NCBI GenBank assembly: GCA_963702165.1
Contig: OY969722.1
Location: 2,156,693 to 2,220,692 of the forward strand
DNA from: an uncultured Actinomycetota bacterium
Lineage (GTDB): Bacteria; Actinomycetota; Actinomycetes; Actinomycetales; Microbacteriaceae
Reading direction: 5' to 3'
DNA length: 64,000 bases
Shown here: piece after piece, positions 41,190 to 52,705 of the stretch
How the letters are laid out: each line of letters starts with the position of its first letter
Position numbering within the stretch: position 1 is the stretch's first letter
The notes under the pieces: model-generated
Databases searched by the model: none
The model's input: the letters and a program-made list of their open reading frames with translations, nothing else
What the model was told of the DNA's origin: nothing
Position numbers and translations under genes: made by a program

Positions 41190-41618
41190 TCACCCTCCGG
41201 GCAGTGTGATGACGCCGAGCTGCTGCATCAGCGCGAGATCGTTCCTATCCGACCAGTGTTCGGCTAGTTTGCCATTCGCGATGCGGTGAATCGCCACCGC
41301 CGTCTCGCGGAGGTCCGCACCCGTGGCGCGCAGCGGGCCCGGAAGATCCCCCTCATGGCGGCCGTACGCCGTCAGCCTCGTGACCACCTTGTCGCCCTCG
41401 GCGATCTGGTCCTCGATCTCGTGCCGACCGGGTGTGGCATTCCAGAAGATCTCGAAGGCGCTTTTCAGCCCCTCACGCCCAGCCGGTAGTCCGGGAAACG
41501 GCGCCGGATTGTGGTCGATGTAGTCCTCAGCAACCAACTCATCCATTGCGTCAACGTTGCCGACATCGAGCGCCGCATAGAACCGCCGCACAAGTGCCTT
41601 GTTCTCTTCGGGATCCAT
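41190..41618 (-). CDS. SnoaL-like ester cyclase
   Basis: EENKALVRRFY, IAEGDKVVTR, GKLAEHW. Confidence 0.88.
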   Translation of the reverse strand: MDPEENKALVRRFYAALDVGNVDAMDELVAEDYIDHNPAPFPGLPAGREGLKSAFEIFWNATPGRHEIEDQIAEGDKVVTRLTAYGRHEGDLPGPLRATGADLRETAVAIHRIANGKLAEHWSDRNDLALMQQLGVITLPGG

Positions 41619-41731
41619 GACTGCCTCTCCCTTTATTTAAGCGGCAAGCTAGTCGTTTAGATTGTGCCGCACGTCGAAACGGACAAACTTCGCGGCGGAA
41701 AGACAATCTATGTCGACGGTCGACATCACAG

Positions 41732-43106
41732 CTAGATCGGCGCCATGTCCAGGAAGCGCGAGAAGTGACCCTGGAAGGCGACCGTGACGGTGCGCGTGGG
41801 GCCGTTGCGGTGCTTGGCGACGATGAAGTCGGCCTCGCCCGCGCGCGGATTGTCCTTCTCGTAGGCGCTCTCGCGGTGCAGCAGGATGACCATGTCGGCG
41901 TCCTGCTCGAGCGACCCGGATTCGCGCAGGTCGCTGAGCGCGGGCATCTTGTCGGCGCGTTGCTCCGGACCACGGTTCAGCTGCGACAGCGCGATGACCG
42001 GTACCTGCAGCTCCTTCGCCATCAGCTTCAGGGCGCGGGAGAACTCGCTGACCTCCTGCTGACGCGACTCGACCTTTTTGCCGCTCGTCATGAGCTGCAG
42101 GTAGTCGATGACGACCATCTTGAGGCCGACCTTCTGCTTGAGCCGGCGGCACTTAGCCCGGATCTCGACGAGTGTCAGGTTCGGGCTGTCGTCGATGTAG
42201 AGCGGAGCGTCGTTGATGCGACCGCGGGTGCTCGCGATGGTGGTCCAGTCGCGGCTGTCGACGGTTCCCTTGCGCATGCTCTGCAGTGGCACCGCAGCCT
42301 CGGCAGAGAGCAGACGCATCGCGATCTCACTGCGCCCCATCTCGAGCGAGAAGATGATCGTCGGCATGTCGTGCTTGATGGCCGCCGCACGAGCGAAGTC
42401 GAGCGCAAGAGTCGACTTTCCGAGCGCCGGACGCGCGGCGACGATGATCAGCTGCCCAGGGTGCAGGCCGTTCGTGAGTTCGTCGAGCTCGGCGAACCCG
42501 GTCGGCACACCGGTCATCTGGACCCGTCGCGGCCCTTGGCCGCCTCGATCTCGTCGATCGCGACTGTGACTGCCTCGGTGAGCGGCACGTAGTCCTCGGC
42601 CTCGACGCCGCCGGTGACCCCGTAGATCTCGGCCTGGGCGTTGTTGACCAGGTCGACGACCTCGCCCTCGCTCGCGTAGCCCATCTGCACGATGCGGGTG
42701 CCCGCCTCGACGAGGCGGCGCAGCACGGCCTTCTCGGCGACGATGCGTCGCGTAGAAGCCGGCGTTCGCAGCGGTCGGCACCAGGGCCGTCAGGGTGTGC
42801 AGGTACTCGGCGCCGCCGGCGCGGGTCAGTTCCCCGGACTTGGTCAGTTCATCGGTGACCGCGATGACGTCGGTCGGCTCGCCGTGCGAGTAGAGCGACA
42901 GCACCGCGTCGAAGATGAGCTCGTGCTTGGGAATGTAGAAGTCGATCGACGCGCACCGTCTCGATGACATCGGCGACGGCGTCCTTGCTGAGCAGCATGC
43001 CGCCGATGGCACTCTGCTCCGCGAGCAGGTCGTGTGGGGGCGTACGTTCACCCTGGCGGGTGTCAGAGGGGCGTTCGCCGGCCAAGCCGAGATGGGCTAT
43101 CGACAT
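41732..43106 (-). CDS. dnaB: Replicative DNA helicase (about two frameshifts, no intein)
   Basis: PPHDLLAEQSAIG, AARPALGKS, VIDYLQL, LSQLNR, DLRESGSLEQDAD. Confidence 0.96.
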
Positions 43107-43269
43107 TCACACCTCCACACTCTCAGGGGCAGATCGGCCAGCGCTGCGACGAGCCGCTGCCGTACATCAAGTTGTATCCCCCGCCCACGACATTCGCGGG
43201 TTGCGCCCGCGCGATAGGCGAGCGCTGCTACAACCTTAGGAATCCGGATGTGCCGACCACAACTGCACC

Positions 43270-43470
43270 TGTGGACGGGCCTGTGGACAACGTGCGAGAA
43301 ACGCCGCAACCTGTGTGGGCAACCTGTGGAGAGACCTGTGGATAGACACCGGCTTTCCTTCGCAAAAGTAGCGTTTGACCGGCATTTTTCTTGTCACACG
43401 GCTGTGTGTAGAAACATGTTTAGAGTTGCGGTTGAGGGTTTGGGGCGTTCTCGCCAGATCCTGTGCACAA
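43270..43470. promoter_or_regulatory. Cluster of DnaA-box-like motifs upstream of dnaB
   Basis: TGTGGACGG, TGTGGACAA, TGTGGAGAG, TGTGGATAG, TGTGCACAA, all in the same orientation. Confidence 0.7.
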
Positions 43471-43499
43471 GTGTCCCCCGTTCGACCCCGCAAATGAGT

Positions 43500-43531
43500 G
43501 ACGGCGGACCCCAGAAATGGGATCCGCCGTC
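43500..43531 (-). terminator. Hairpin after rplI
   Basis: GACGGCGGA...TCCGCCGTC. Confidence 0.6.
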
Positions 43532-43553
43532 AACGTTCGGTGCTATGCGCGCC

Positions 43554-44011
43554 CTACTTGCCCGCGACCACCTGAAGGGTGATCGTCGCCACGAGCGTCG
43601 TCGCGCAGGCGAACGGTCGCCTCGTGCGTCACCGGTCGACTTGATCGGGGGAGACGATCTCGATCTTGCGCTTGTCGATCTGTGCCGAGGCCGGCCGCGG
43701 CGACCGCGTCCGCGACGTCCGAGGTCTTGACCGAGCCGAACAGGCGACCGCCCTCGCCGGCCTTGACGGTGAGCTTGACCGGGTTCGCCTCGAGGCGCGC
43801 CTTGAGGTCCTGTGCCTCTTCGATCGTGGCGTGCTCGCGCGCGGCGCGGGCAGCCTTGATCGACTCGATCTGCTTCTCGCCACCGCGGGTCCACGCCACG
43901 GCGAAGCCCTGGGGGATCAGGTAGTTGCGAGCGAACCCGTTCTTGACGTCGACGACGTCGCCGGGTGCACCGAGGCCGGTGACCTCGTGCGTGAGAATCA
44001 GCTTTGGACAT
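43554..44011 (-). CDS. rplI: 50S ribosomal protein L9 (frameshifted)
   Basis: [31 protein letters not shown]. Confidence 0.94.
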
Positions 44012-44023
44012 TGTCGCGCGCTC

Positions 44024-44289
44024 CTAACGGCCTGAGCCGGCGTACGGCAGCAGTGCCATCTCACGCGCGTTCTTGACTGGCGCGGGCGATGAGACGCTGC
44101 TCCTGCACGGAGACACCGGTGATACGGCGAGCGCGGATCTTTCCACGCTCGGAGATGAACTTGCGAAGGGTGGCGACATCCTTGTAGTCGATGACGCCGA
44201 CGCGGATCGACTTCGCCGGGGCGGCGTTCTTGCCGTCCTTGCACCTTGCGGAGTGGCTTGCGGCGGTCGCCGCTGCTCTTTCCAGCCAT
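44024..44289 (-). CDS. rpsR: 30S ribosomal protein S18 (frameshifted)
   Basis: [26 protein letters not shown]. Confidence 0.94.
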
Positions 44290-44325
44290 TGGTCTTCCTT
44301 AGTTAGATCGTGGAACGAGGGCCGC

Positions 44326-44827
44326 TTAGAACGGCGTCTCGTCGGTGTAGTTGCCGGGCGTGTTCCACACGTCACCGGCTGACGAGTCGTCCGGTGCGGC
44401 TGCCGCCCACGGCTCGTCGGCGACCGGTGGACCGCGTGCCCGCGCCGCCGCCGTCGCGGAGAGCGTGCGCGTGACCTGTGCGGTCGCGTAGCGAAGGCTG
44501 GGGCCGATCTCGTCGACCTCGAGCTCGATGCTCGTGCGCTTCTCGCCTTCCTTCGTCTCGTAGCGAGCGCTGCTTCAGGCGGCCCGGTCGCGATGACACG
44601 GCTGCCCTTGGTCAGCGAACCGGCGACGTGCTCGGCGAACTCGCGCCACACGCTGCGCGCGGAGGAACAGCGCCTCGCCGTCTTTCCAGTCGTTCGACTC
44701 GCACGGTCGAAGTACGCGGCGTGGATGCGATGGTGAAGTTCGCGACCGCGAGCCCGTTCTGCGTGTAACGCAGCTCGGGGTCAGCGGTGAGGTTGCCCAC
44801 GACGGTGATGACGGTTTCGCCGGCCAT
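44326..44827 (-). CDS. ssb: Single-stranded DNA-binding protein (frameshifted)
   Basis: [22 protein letters not shown]; C-terminal DETPF. Confidence 0.94.
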
Positions 44828-44829
44828 GA

Positions 44830-45244
44830 CTACTCCGCGGCCTTCAGCTGCGTCTCGGCAGCGGCCTTGGCCGGGCCTCAGCCTTGGCGGAGCGGCTGCC
44901 TTGCGGGCGGCCTTCTCGTCGGCGAGCTTCGCGGCTGCGGCGACCTGGGCGATGCGCCTCTTCGGCGCGCAGCACCTTGGTGCGCATGACGGCCTCGCTC
45001 AGAGACGCAGCTGGCGGTCGAGCTCGACGGTGGCCGCCGAGTTCGCGGTCAATTGAACGACGGCGTAGATGCCCTCGCTCTTCTTGTTGATCTCGTAGGC
45101 CAGGCGACGGCGGCCCCAGATGTCGACGTTGTCGATGGTTCCACCATCGTTGCGAATGACATTGAGGAACTTGTCGAGGCTGGGAGCCACGGTGCGCTCA
45201 TCGATCTCTGGATCGAGGATTACCATGAGTTCATACTGATGCAT
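44830..45244 (-). CDS. rpsF: 30S ribosomal protein S6 with Ala/Lys-rich tail (frameshifted)
   Basis: [13 protein letters not shown]...[10 protein letters not shown]. Confidence 0.95.
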
Positions 45245-45250
45245 CACAAA

Positions 45251-45301
45251 CCCACCTCCTTCGGACTAGAACGGCCACAGACGATCTGTGACAGGAGGGT
45301 G
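45251..45301 (-). promoter_or_regulatory. S6:S18 ribosomal protein leader RNA
   Basis: CCTCCT pairing with the AGGAGG RBS, inner hairpin CACAGA-TCG-TCTGTG, adjacent CCG motifs, directly 5' of rpsF. Confidence 0.72.
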
Positions 45302-45394
45302 TTGGCATCGTCGCGCGACGTCAACGACGTACGCGACAACCTGCCTAGTGTAGTCAGATCCCCTTTCTCGATCAAGGAGCAGTGCTTTCACCCA

Positions 45395-46487
45395 ATGACC
45401 CTTCGTGTTGCCATCGCCGGCGTCGGAAACTGCGCCAACGCGCTCATCCAGGGCGTCGACGTTCTATGCGCGATGCCGCGGACGGATGCCGTGATCCCGG
45501 GACTCATGCACACCCGCTTCGGCCGGTACGCCGTCGGCGACCTCGAGTTCGTCGCCGCCTTCGACGTCGACGCCACCAAGGTCGGGGTCGACCTCGCCGA
45601 CGCCATGTGGGCAGGCGAACAACGACACCTGCGGTTCGCCGAGGTCGCGGCGACCGGCGTGCTCGTGCAGCGCGGCCCGACCCTCGACGGACTCGGCGAG
45701 TACTACCGCGAGATCGTCGAGGAGTCGCGATGCCGCGCCGGTCGACGTGCGCGCAGGCGCTGCGGGACAGCCGGGGCCGACGTGCTCGTCTGCTACCTGC
45801 CGGTCGGGTTCGGAGGAGGCCGCGAAGTACTACGCGCAGGCCGCGCTCGACGCCGGCGTCGCCTTCGTCAACGCCATCCCGGTGTTCATCGCGAGCGACC
45901 CCGAGCTGGGCGGCGAAGTTCCGCGCGGCCGGCGTGCCCGATCGTCGGCGACGACATCAAGAGCCAGCTCGGCGCGACCATCACCCACCGCGTGCTCGCC
46001 CGGCTGTTCGAGGAGCGCGGCCTCGTGCTCGACCGCACCTACCAGCTCAACGTCGGCGGCAACATGGACTTCAAGAACATGCTCGAGCGCTCGCCGGCTC
46101 GAGTCGAAGAAGATCTCGAAGACCCAGTCGGTCACGAGCAACATCGCGCCGAGCTCGACCCGCAGCGATGTGCACATCGGCCCGAGCGACCACGTGCCGT
46201 GGCTCGAGCGACCGCAAGTTCGCCTTCGTGCGGCTCGAGGGCCACGGCTTCGGCAACGCGCCGACGAGCCTCGAGTACAAGCTCGAGGTGTGGGACTCGC
46301 CGAACTCCGCCGGAGTCGTGATCGACGCGATCCGGCTGCGAAGATCGCGCTCGACGCCGGGCTCGGCGGGCCGCTCGAGGCGGCATCCGCCTACTTCATG
46401 AAGTCGCCGCCGGTGCAGCACCCCGACCCGGTCGCCCGCGCGCTGCTCGAGGAGTTCATCGGCGACCACCCCCGCGCCGCCGCCTGA
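45395..46487 (+). CDS. ino1: Inositol-3-phosphate synthase (frameshifted)
   Basis: [41 protein letters not shown]. Confidence 0.93.
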
Positions 46488-46490
46488 GCC

Positions 46491-47939
46491 TCAGGCGGGG
46501 GAGCCGGATGCGTGCCACTCGAGCAGGCGCCGCGTCGCCTCTTCCGCGCCGAGCGGGCCCTCGTCGAGGCGCAGTTCGAGCAGGAAGCGGTACGCCTCGC
46601 CGACCTCGCGGCCCCGGCCGCAGCCCGAGCACCGCCATGATCTGCTCGCCGTCGAGGTCGGGGCGGACGGCGGCGATGCTCCTCCGGCCTCGGCGATCGT
46701 CGCGATGCGCTCCTCGAGGTCGTCGTAGGCGAACGCCAGCCGGTCGGCCTTGCGGCGGTTGCGGGTCGTGACGTCGGCACGGGTGAGGATGTGCAGCCGT
46801 TCGAGCAGGTCGCCCGCGTCGCGCACGTAGCGTCGCACCGCGGAGTCGGTCCAGGCACCCTCGGTGTAGCCGAAGAACCGCAGGTGCAGCTCGATGAGCC
46901 GCGCGACCTCGGTGATCGTCTCCTTGTCGAAGCGCAGTGCGCGCAGCCGCTTCGCCGCGAGCTTCGACCCGACGACGTCGTGGTGGTGGAAGGTCACCAC
47001 CCCGCCCGGCTCGATGCGCTTGGTCGCCGGCTTGCCGATGTCGTGCAGCAGCGCCGCAAGACGCAGGATGAGGTCGGGTGCGGCATCCGGATGCCGCTGC
47101 TCCTCGAGCGTCGATCGCCTGGTCGAGCACGGTGAGGCTGTGCTCGTAGACGTCCTTGTGGTGGTGCGTGCTCGTCGACCTCGCAGCCGCAGCGCCGGCA
47201 GCTCCGGCAGCACATGCTCGGCCAGGCCGCGTCTCGACCAGCAGTTCCGGATGCCGGGCCCGGGGCGCGTCGGTCAGCAGCAGCTTGCGTCAGCTCGTCC
47301 CGGATGCGCTCAGCCGAGACGATGCTCGATGCGCTCGGCCAGGTCGCGCATCGCGACTGCGGTCGGCTCGGCCACCGTGAAGCCCAAGCTGCGACGTGAA
47401 TCGTGCGGCACGCATCATCCGCAGCGGGTCGTCGCCGAACGAGACCTCGGGCGTGCCGGGCGTCGTGAGCCGTCGGGCCATCAGGTCCTCGATGCCGCCG
47501 GACGGGTCGACGAGCTTCAGCTCCGGGCAGGCGCAGCGCCATCGCGTTCACGGTGAAGTCGCGGCGCACGAGGTCGCCCTCGAGGGTGTCGCCGAACTCC
47601 ACGACCGGCTTGCGAGTCGCTCCGTCGTACGCATCGGAGCGGTAGGTGGTGATCTCGACCGTGTGGCCGTCGATGCGCGCTCCGATCGTGCCGAAGGCCC
47701 GCCCGATGTCCCACTGGGCGTCGGAGATCGGCCGCACGAGTCGCGAGGATCTCGTCGGGCCGCGCACTCGTCGTGAAGTCGAGGTCGTTGATCGGCCGTC
47801 CGAGGAACGCGTCGCGTACCGGACCGCCGACGAGAGCGAGCTCTTCGCCCGCAGCAGCGAAGGCGCTGGCCAGCGCGCTGACGTGAGGAGATGCGGCAAG
47901 TTCGCCAAGGCGCGCGAGTGCGGTGGCGACGCTTTCCAT
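46491..47939 (-). CDS. cca: CCA tRNA nucleotidyltransferase with HD domain (frameshifted)
   Basis: LVGGPVRD...DLDFTT, RRDFTVNAMA, DDPLRMMR, LLHDIGKP. Confidence 0.92.
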
Positions 47940-48019
47940 GCGCCCAAGACTATCGAGGGCGCACGCGAATAGACTCGCTGGAGGTTGGCCACGGAATCCG
48001 CGGACCCTCCCTTGCGCTT

Positions 48020-50017
48020 ATGAGAATATTTCCTCTGCTCCTCGCCCTCGGCCTTGCCGTGACCGGCGCGGTGGCCCCCCTTGCCCCGGCGGCCGCCGTC
48101 GACGGCGTCTCGCTGACCATCGCCCCCGCCAGCAATGGCGTCATCGGACCGGAAGCCGACCTCCTCGTGAACGGGACCGTCGTGAACGACGGCACAGTGC
48201 CGACGGAGGCGGCGGCGGTCACACTGCACGTCGCGCGCACGCCGGTGACCGACCGCGCGGAGCTCCTGGAATGGCTGACCGCAGAAGAGCCGCCTGCCCT
48301 CGATGTGGGTGCCGCCGTTGCGACCGCCAGCGTTCCGGCGATCGGTGCCGCGCAGGCTCGGGTGTTCAGTCTCAGTGTCGCCGCCGAGGCTCTGGAGCTC
48401 CCGGGATTCGGCAGCTACCCGATTCAGGTCCGGTACTCACCGCCCGACGGCGAGCCGATCGTGGAGGAGGGCGCCATCGTGTGGAACCCCGGGTCCACAC
48501 CGTCGTTCTCACTGTCCGCCGCCGCCGCGCTCACCGTGCCGCCACCGGCATCCGGCCTCCTCGACGCCACTTCGCTCGAGGACTACACCGCCCCAACCGG
48601 CCAGCTCAGCCGGATGCTGGACGAATACGTGGCAAGCGGGGTCGCCATCGGCATCGACCCGATGATCATCGCCTCGATCAGGCTGCTCGGCACCACCGCT
48701 CCGCCGTCCGCGACCCAATGGCTCGCGCGCCTCCAGTCGGTCCCCAACGAGACCTTCGCGCTCAGCTATGCCGACTCCGACCTCGGACTGCTGTCGCAAT
48801 CGGGTGCGGGAGTGCTGGCCCCCGTGGCGTTCCGCATGGATCCGGCCGCTGCCCCGATGCCCGAAGACGCAACGGCGAGCCCTGCACCGGTTGACCCGGC
48901 GGCACCGCCTGTCGACGAGGTGCTCGCGTGGCCCTACACGATCGGCGGAGTCGCCTGGCCACGACCAGACACCGTCACGACGGCCGACCTGGCCACCTTC
49001 ACCGCCGCCGGGTACACGACAACCGTGCTCAGCTCATCCGGGATCGACCGGGACCGCTTCACCTCCCCGATCTCCATCGACGGGACCGCCGGCCTCGTCT
49101 CGGACGACATCGTCGCGACCCTGATCTCCCAGGCGATCACGGCACCGACACTGTCGGCCTGGCAGACGACGATGGCCCAGCTCGCGGCCTCGACGGCTGA
49201 GCTGGCCAAGACGCATCCCGGCTCGCCCGTGTTTGCCGCGCTCAACCGGGGGACTGACGCGCCGCGCTACGCCGAGACCTTCCAGGCACTCCAGTCCTTC
49301 CCCTGGGTGAACAGGGTCGCGATGACCGAGACCATGGCCGCCGATGCCAGCGCTGCGACTCTCTCTCAGGAGCTCGCCGAAGACCCCCGGGTGGCGACGG
49401 TGAACTCGCTCCTGCAGACCGAGGCAGCCGTGGCCAACTTCGCGACGGTGCTCGCCGACCCCACCCAGCTCACCGGCCCGCGGCGACTCGCCCTGCTGGC
49501 CACGGTGTCGAACCAGTGGGCGCTCGATGTTGCGGGCGGCGCAGCGCTTGTTGAGCAGTTCCGCACTGACGGCTTCGACATCCTGAATGCGATCAGCATT
49601 CCCAGCGGCAGTACCGTCAACCTGCTCTCCGACAACGGGCCCCTGCCGATCACCGTCAGCAACGCCCTCGCCTATCCGGCGACCGTGCACGTCTCGGTGA
49701 AGCCGGCCCGCGCCATCCTGAACGTCACGGAAGACCCGGTCGTGCTCACGATCGAGGCGAACTCGCAGGCCAAGGCCTTGGTGCCGGTGCAAACGGTGGC
49801 CAACGGCCAGGTGCGCACGGTTGTCACGTTGACGAGCCCGGCCGCCGTGCCGATCTCGCAGCCGGTGACGGTGTCGCTGAATGTTCAAGCGGGGTGGGAA
49901 ACCGCGGCAACCTGGGTGCTCGCCGCTATCGTCGTGGTGATGTTCATCGCCGGCGTGATTCGGACCATCCGCAAACGACGGCGTGCCGTGCAGGAACCGG
50001 CGCAGGAGGCCGCGTGA
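48020..50017 (+). CDS. Secreted, C-terminally anchored protein (DUF6049-like)
   Basis: Signal peptide, GIDPMII, LSYADSDL, C-terminal TM plus basic tail; conserved position before murJ. Confidence 0.75.
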   Translation: MRIFPLLLALGLAVTGAVAPLAPAAAVDGVSLTIAPASNGVIGPEADLLVNGTVVNDGTVPTEAAAVTLHVARTPVTDRAELLEWLTAEEPPALDVGAAVATASVPAIGAAQARVFSLSVAAEALELPGFGSYPIQVRYSPPDGEPIVEEGAIVWNPGSTPSFSLSAAAALTVPPPASGLLDATSLEDYTAPTGQLSRMLDEYVASGVAIGIDPMIIASIRLLGTTAPPSATQWLARLQSVPNETFALSYADSDLGLLSQSGAGVLAPVAFRMDPAAAPMPEDATASPAPVDPAAPPVDEVLAWPYTIGGVAWPRPDTVTTADLATFTAAGYTTTVLSSSGIDRDRFTSPISIDGTAGLVSDDIVATLISQAITAPTLSAWQTTMAQLAASTAELAKTHPGSPVFAALNRGTDAPRYAETFQALQSFPWVNRVAMTETMAADASAATLSQELAEDPRVATVNSLLQTEAAVANFATVLADPTQLTGPRRLALLATVSNQWALDVAGGAALVEQFRTDGFDILNAISIPSGSTVNLLSDNGPLPITVSNALAYPATVHVSVKPARAILNVTEDPVVLTIEANSQAKALVPVQTVANGQVRTVVTLTSPAAVPISQPVTVSLNVQAGWETAATWVLAAIVVVMFIAGVIRTIRKRRRAVQEPAQEAA

Positions 50018-51660
50018 GCGAGACCGACGACGTCGCCGGTGTGCCGGACGCGAAGATCGGCCGGGCCAGCGCCGTGATGGCGACCGGCACGATCGTCTCC
50101 CGCATCCTCGGCTTCGTCAAGGCCGCGGTGCTCGCGGCGACGATCGGCCAGGTCGGCAGCGCGGCCGCCGACGCCTTCACGATCGCGAACGGCCTGCCGA
50201 ACAACATCTATGCCCTCATTGCCGGCGGCATGCTGAGCGCGGTGCTGGTTCCGCAGATCGTGCGATCGGCGCTGCATGCGGATGGCGGGCAGCGCTTCAT
50301 CAACAAGCTCGTGACCCTCGGGATCACGGTATTCGTGGTGCTCACGATCATCGCGACCCTGTGCGCACCGCTGTTGATCGATCTGTATACCAAGGATCCT
50401 GACCCCGAGGTCTTCGCCCTGGCGACGGCGTTCGCCTACTGGTGTCTTCCGCAGATCCTGTTCTATGCGCTGTACACGCTGCTCGGTGAGGTCCTGAACG
50501 CGCGCGGCGTCTTCGGGCCGTTCATGTGGGCTCCGATCCTCAACAACGTCGTCGCCATCGCTGGGCTGGTCGCCTTCCAGTTGCTGTTCGGGTCGGGGTC
50601 GGCATTCCATAGTCCGGGTGTCTGGACCGCCGGCATGGTGGGCCTCCTCGGAGCCAGTGCAACGCTTGGCGTTGCGGCGCAGGCTCTCATCCTCGGGGTG
50701 TTCTGGAAGCGTGCTCGGCTCGGCTTCCGCCCGGACTTCAAGTGGCGCGGTGTTGGCCTCTCCCGCACCGGGCGCACGGCGTCCTGGGCGTTCGCGATGA
50801 TCCTCGTCACGCAGATCGCCGGGATCGTGCAGACGCAGGTTGTCTTCCAGGCGGCTGGTGCAGGCGCATCCGCAACCACGCTCCAGAACGCCTTCCTGAT
50901 CTTCATGCTCCCGCACTCGGTCGTGACGGTTTCGCTGGTCACCGCATACTTCACTCGCATGAGCGGCCACGCGAGCGCCGGGAACCTCGCCGGGGTGCGC
51001 AGCGATGTTTCGTCATCCCTGCGCTCGATCGGGCTCGTGATGGTGTTTGCGACCATCGCTCTCATGGTGGTCGCGTACCCGGTGAGTGTGTTCTTCGAGA
51101 GCGATGTCGACAAGATCCGGGCGATGGGCAACGTCATCATCGCTCTGCTGCTGAGTCTCGTTCCATTCAGCGCGGTTTTCGTCATGCAGCGCGTGTTCTA
51201 TGCCCTCGAGGACACCAGAACGGTGTTTCTGATCGAGGTCGCCAAGCAATCGGTGTTCGTCGCCGGTGCGCTCGTGGCGGGCACCCTGCCGCTGGCGTGG
51301 ATCGGTGTTGGTGTCGCGGTTGCCACCTCGATCGCGGTAACAGCACAACTGGTCATCACGTTCGCGGTGCTGCGGCGCAAGCTCGGGTCTCTCGACGGCC
51401 GTCGGATCGCCGTTCGGTACCTCGAATACCTCGGCGCCGCGCTCGTGGCCGGGGCAGTCGGGTTCGGATTGCTGTGGCTGCTCGGCGGCCTCTGGCCGGC
51501 CGGCTTCGCGCTGTCCGGAATGGGCGCAGCGGCCCTGACCATCGTCGGCACCGGCACGCTCATGTCGCTCGTCTACGTCGGCCTGCTCGCGCTGTTCAAG
51601 AATTCGGAACTCGTCCCCGTACTGCGTTCCCTCACCGAGCGATTCAGCCGTTCCCGCTGA
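50014..51660 (+). CDS. murJ: Lipid II flippase MurJ
   Basis: GTIVSRILGF, ANGLPNNIY, AVLVPQIV, FMLPHS, RVFYALED. Confidence 0.93.
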   Translation: MSETDDVAGVPDAKIGRASAVMATGTIVSRILGFVKAAVLAATIGQVGSAAADAFTIANGLPNNIYALIAGGMLSAVLVPQIVRSALHADGGQRFINKLVTLGITVFVVLTIIATLCAPLLIDLYTKDPDPEVFALATAFAYWCLPQILFYALYTLLGEVLNARGVFGPFMWAPILNNVVAIAGLVAFQLLFGSGSAFHSPGVWTAGMVGLLGASATLGVAAQALILGVFWKRARLGFRPDFKWRGVGLSRTGRTASWAFAMILVTQIAGIVQTQVVFQAAGAGASATTLQNAFLIFMLPHSVVTVSLVTAYFTRMSGHASAGNLAGVRSDVSSSLRSIGLVMVFATIALMVVAYPVSVFFESDVDKIRAMGNVIIALLLSLVPFSAVFVMQRVFYALEDTRTVFLIEVAKQSVFVAGALVAGTLPLAWIGVGVAVATSIAVTAQLVITFAVLRRKLGSLDGRRIAVRYLEYLGAALVAGAVGFGLLWLLGGLWPAGFALSGMGAAALTIVGTGTLMSLVYVGLLALFKNSELVPVLRSLTERFSRSR

Positions 51661-51726
51661 GTCGGCGGGAGGCGGAATAGTGCGTCCGTAGGATGTGTTA
51701 TACCCGGCAGCGATAAGGAGATATAC

Positions 51727-52674
51727 GTGCGCCAACTCATCATCATCGGCTCTGGGCCCGCTGGCTACACCGCAGCGATCTACGCTGCCCGCGCCAAGCT
51801 CGCCCCACTGCTGATCGCCAGCTCCGTGCAGGCGGGCGGCGAGTTGATGAACACGACCGACGTCGAGAACTACCCCGGATTCCCGGACGGGATCATGGGT
51901 CCCGACCTGATGGAGAAGTTCCGCGCGCAGGCTGAGAAGTTCGGCACGGAGATCGTCCTGGATGACGTCGTCGAGCTTGACGTGAGCGGCCCGGTCAAGA
52001 AGGTGACCCTCGGTTCCGGTCAAGTCGAAGAGGCTCTCGCCGTGATCTACGCCACCGGTTCCGCCTACCGCAAGCTCGGGGTCGAGGGCGAAGACCGCCT
52101 GAGCGGCTATGGCGTCTCCTGGTGCGCGACCTGCGACGGGTTCTTCTTCCGCGAGAAGAGGGTTGCAGTCGTCGGCGGCGGCGACTCGGCCATGGAGGAA
52201 GCGACGTTCCTCACCAAGTTCGCCGACAAGGTGTACATCATCCACCGCAGCGAGACGCTCCGCGCATCCGAAATCATGCAGGAACGCGCATTCGACAACC
52301 CGAAGATCGAGTTCCTCTACAACAAGACCGTCGAGAAGGTCGAAGGCGGCGCGTCCGTCGCATCCGTGACCCTTCGCGACACCATTGACGGCAGCGAAAC
52401 CACGCTCGAACTGGACGGCCTGTTCGTCGCCATCGGCAGCGACCCGCGCACGCACCTGGTGCACGGCAAGCTCGAACTCACCCCGGAAGGCACCATCTGG
52501 GTTGATGGGCGCAGCTCACGCACGAGCGTGCCCGGTGTGTTCGCCGCCGGCGACGTGCTCGACCCGATCTACCGCCAGGCGGTCACCGCGGCCGGCTCCG
52601 GAACCGTCGCCGCGCTTGACGCCGAGCACTACCTGGCCGCCCTCCCCAAGAACCTGACCACTGTCTCGGCGTAG
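51727..52674 (+). CDS. trxB: Thioredoxin reductase
   Basis: IIGSGPAG, CATCDG, GGGDSA, FAAGD. Confidence 0.97.
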   Translation: MRQLIIIGSGPAGYTAAIYAARAKLAPLLIASSVQAGGELMNTTDVENYPGFPDGIMGPDLMEKFRAQAEKFGTEIVLDDVVELDVSGPVKKVTLGSGQVEEALAVIYATGSAYRKLGVEGEDRLSGYGVSWCATCDGFFFREKRVAVVGGGDSAMEEATFLTKFADKVYIIHRSETLRASEIMQERAFDNPKIEFLYNKTVEKVEGGASVASVTLRDTIDGSETTLELDGLFVAIGSDPRTHLVHGKLELTPEGTIWVDGRSSRTSVPGVFAAGDVLDPIYRQAVTAAGSGTVAALDAEHYLAALPKNLTTVSA

Positions 52675-52705
52675 CCCGAACCACCGAAGTAAGGAAGAAC
52701 AAACC

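Noticed and set aside
41732-43106. Intein in DnaB
   Set aside because: Gene length of about 458 codons and contiguous motifs leave no room for one
21700-47800. Programmed frameshifting or mass pseudogenisation
   Set aside because: Indels are scattered, lack slippery motifs and break essential genes; sequencing or consensus error is far more plausible
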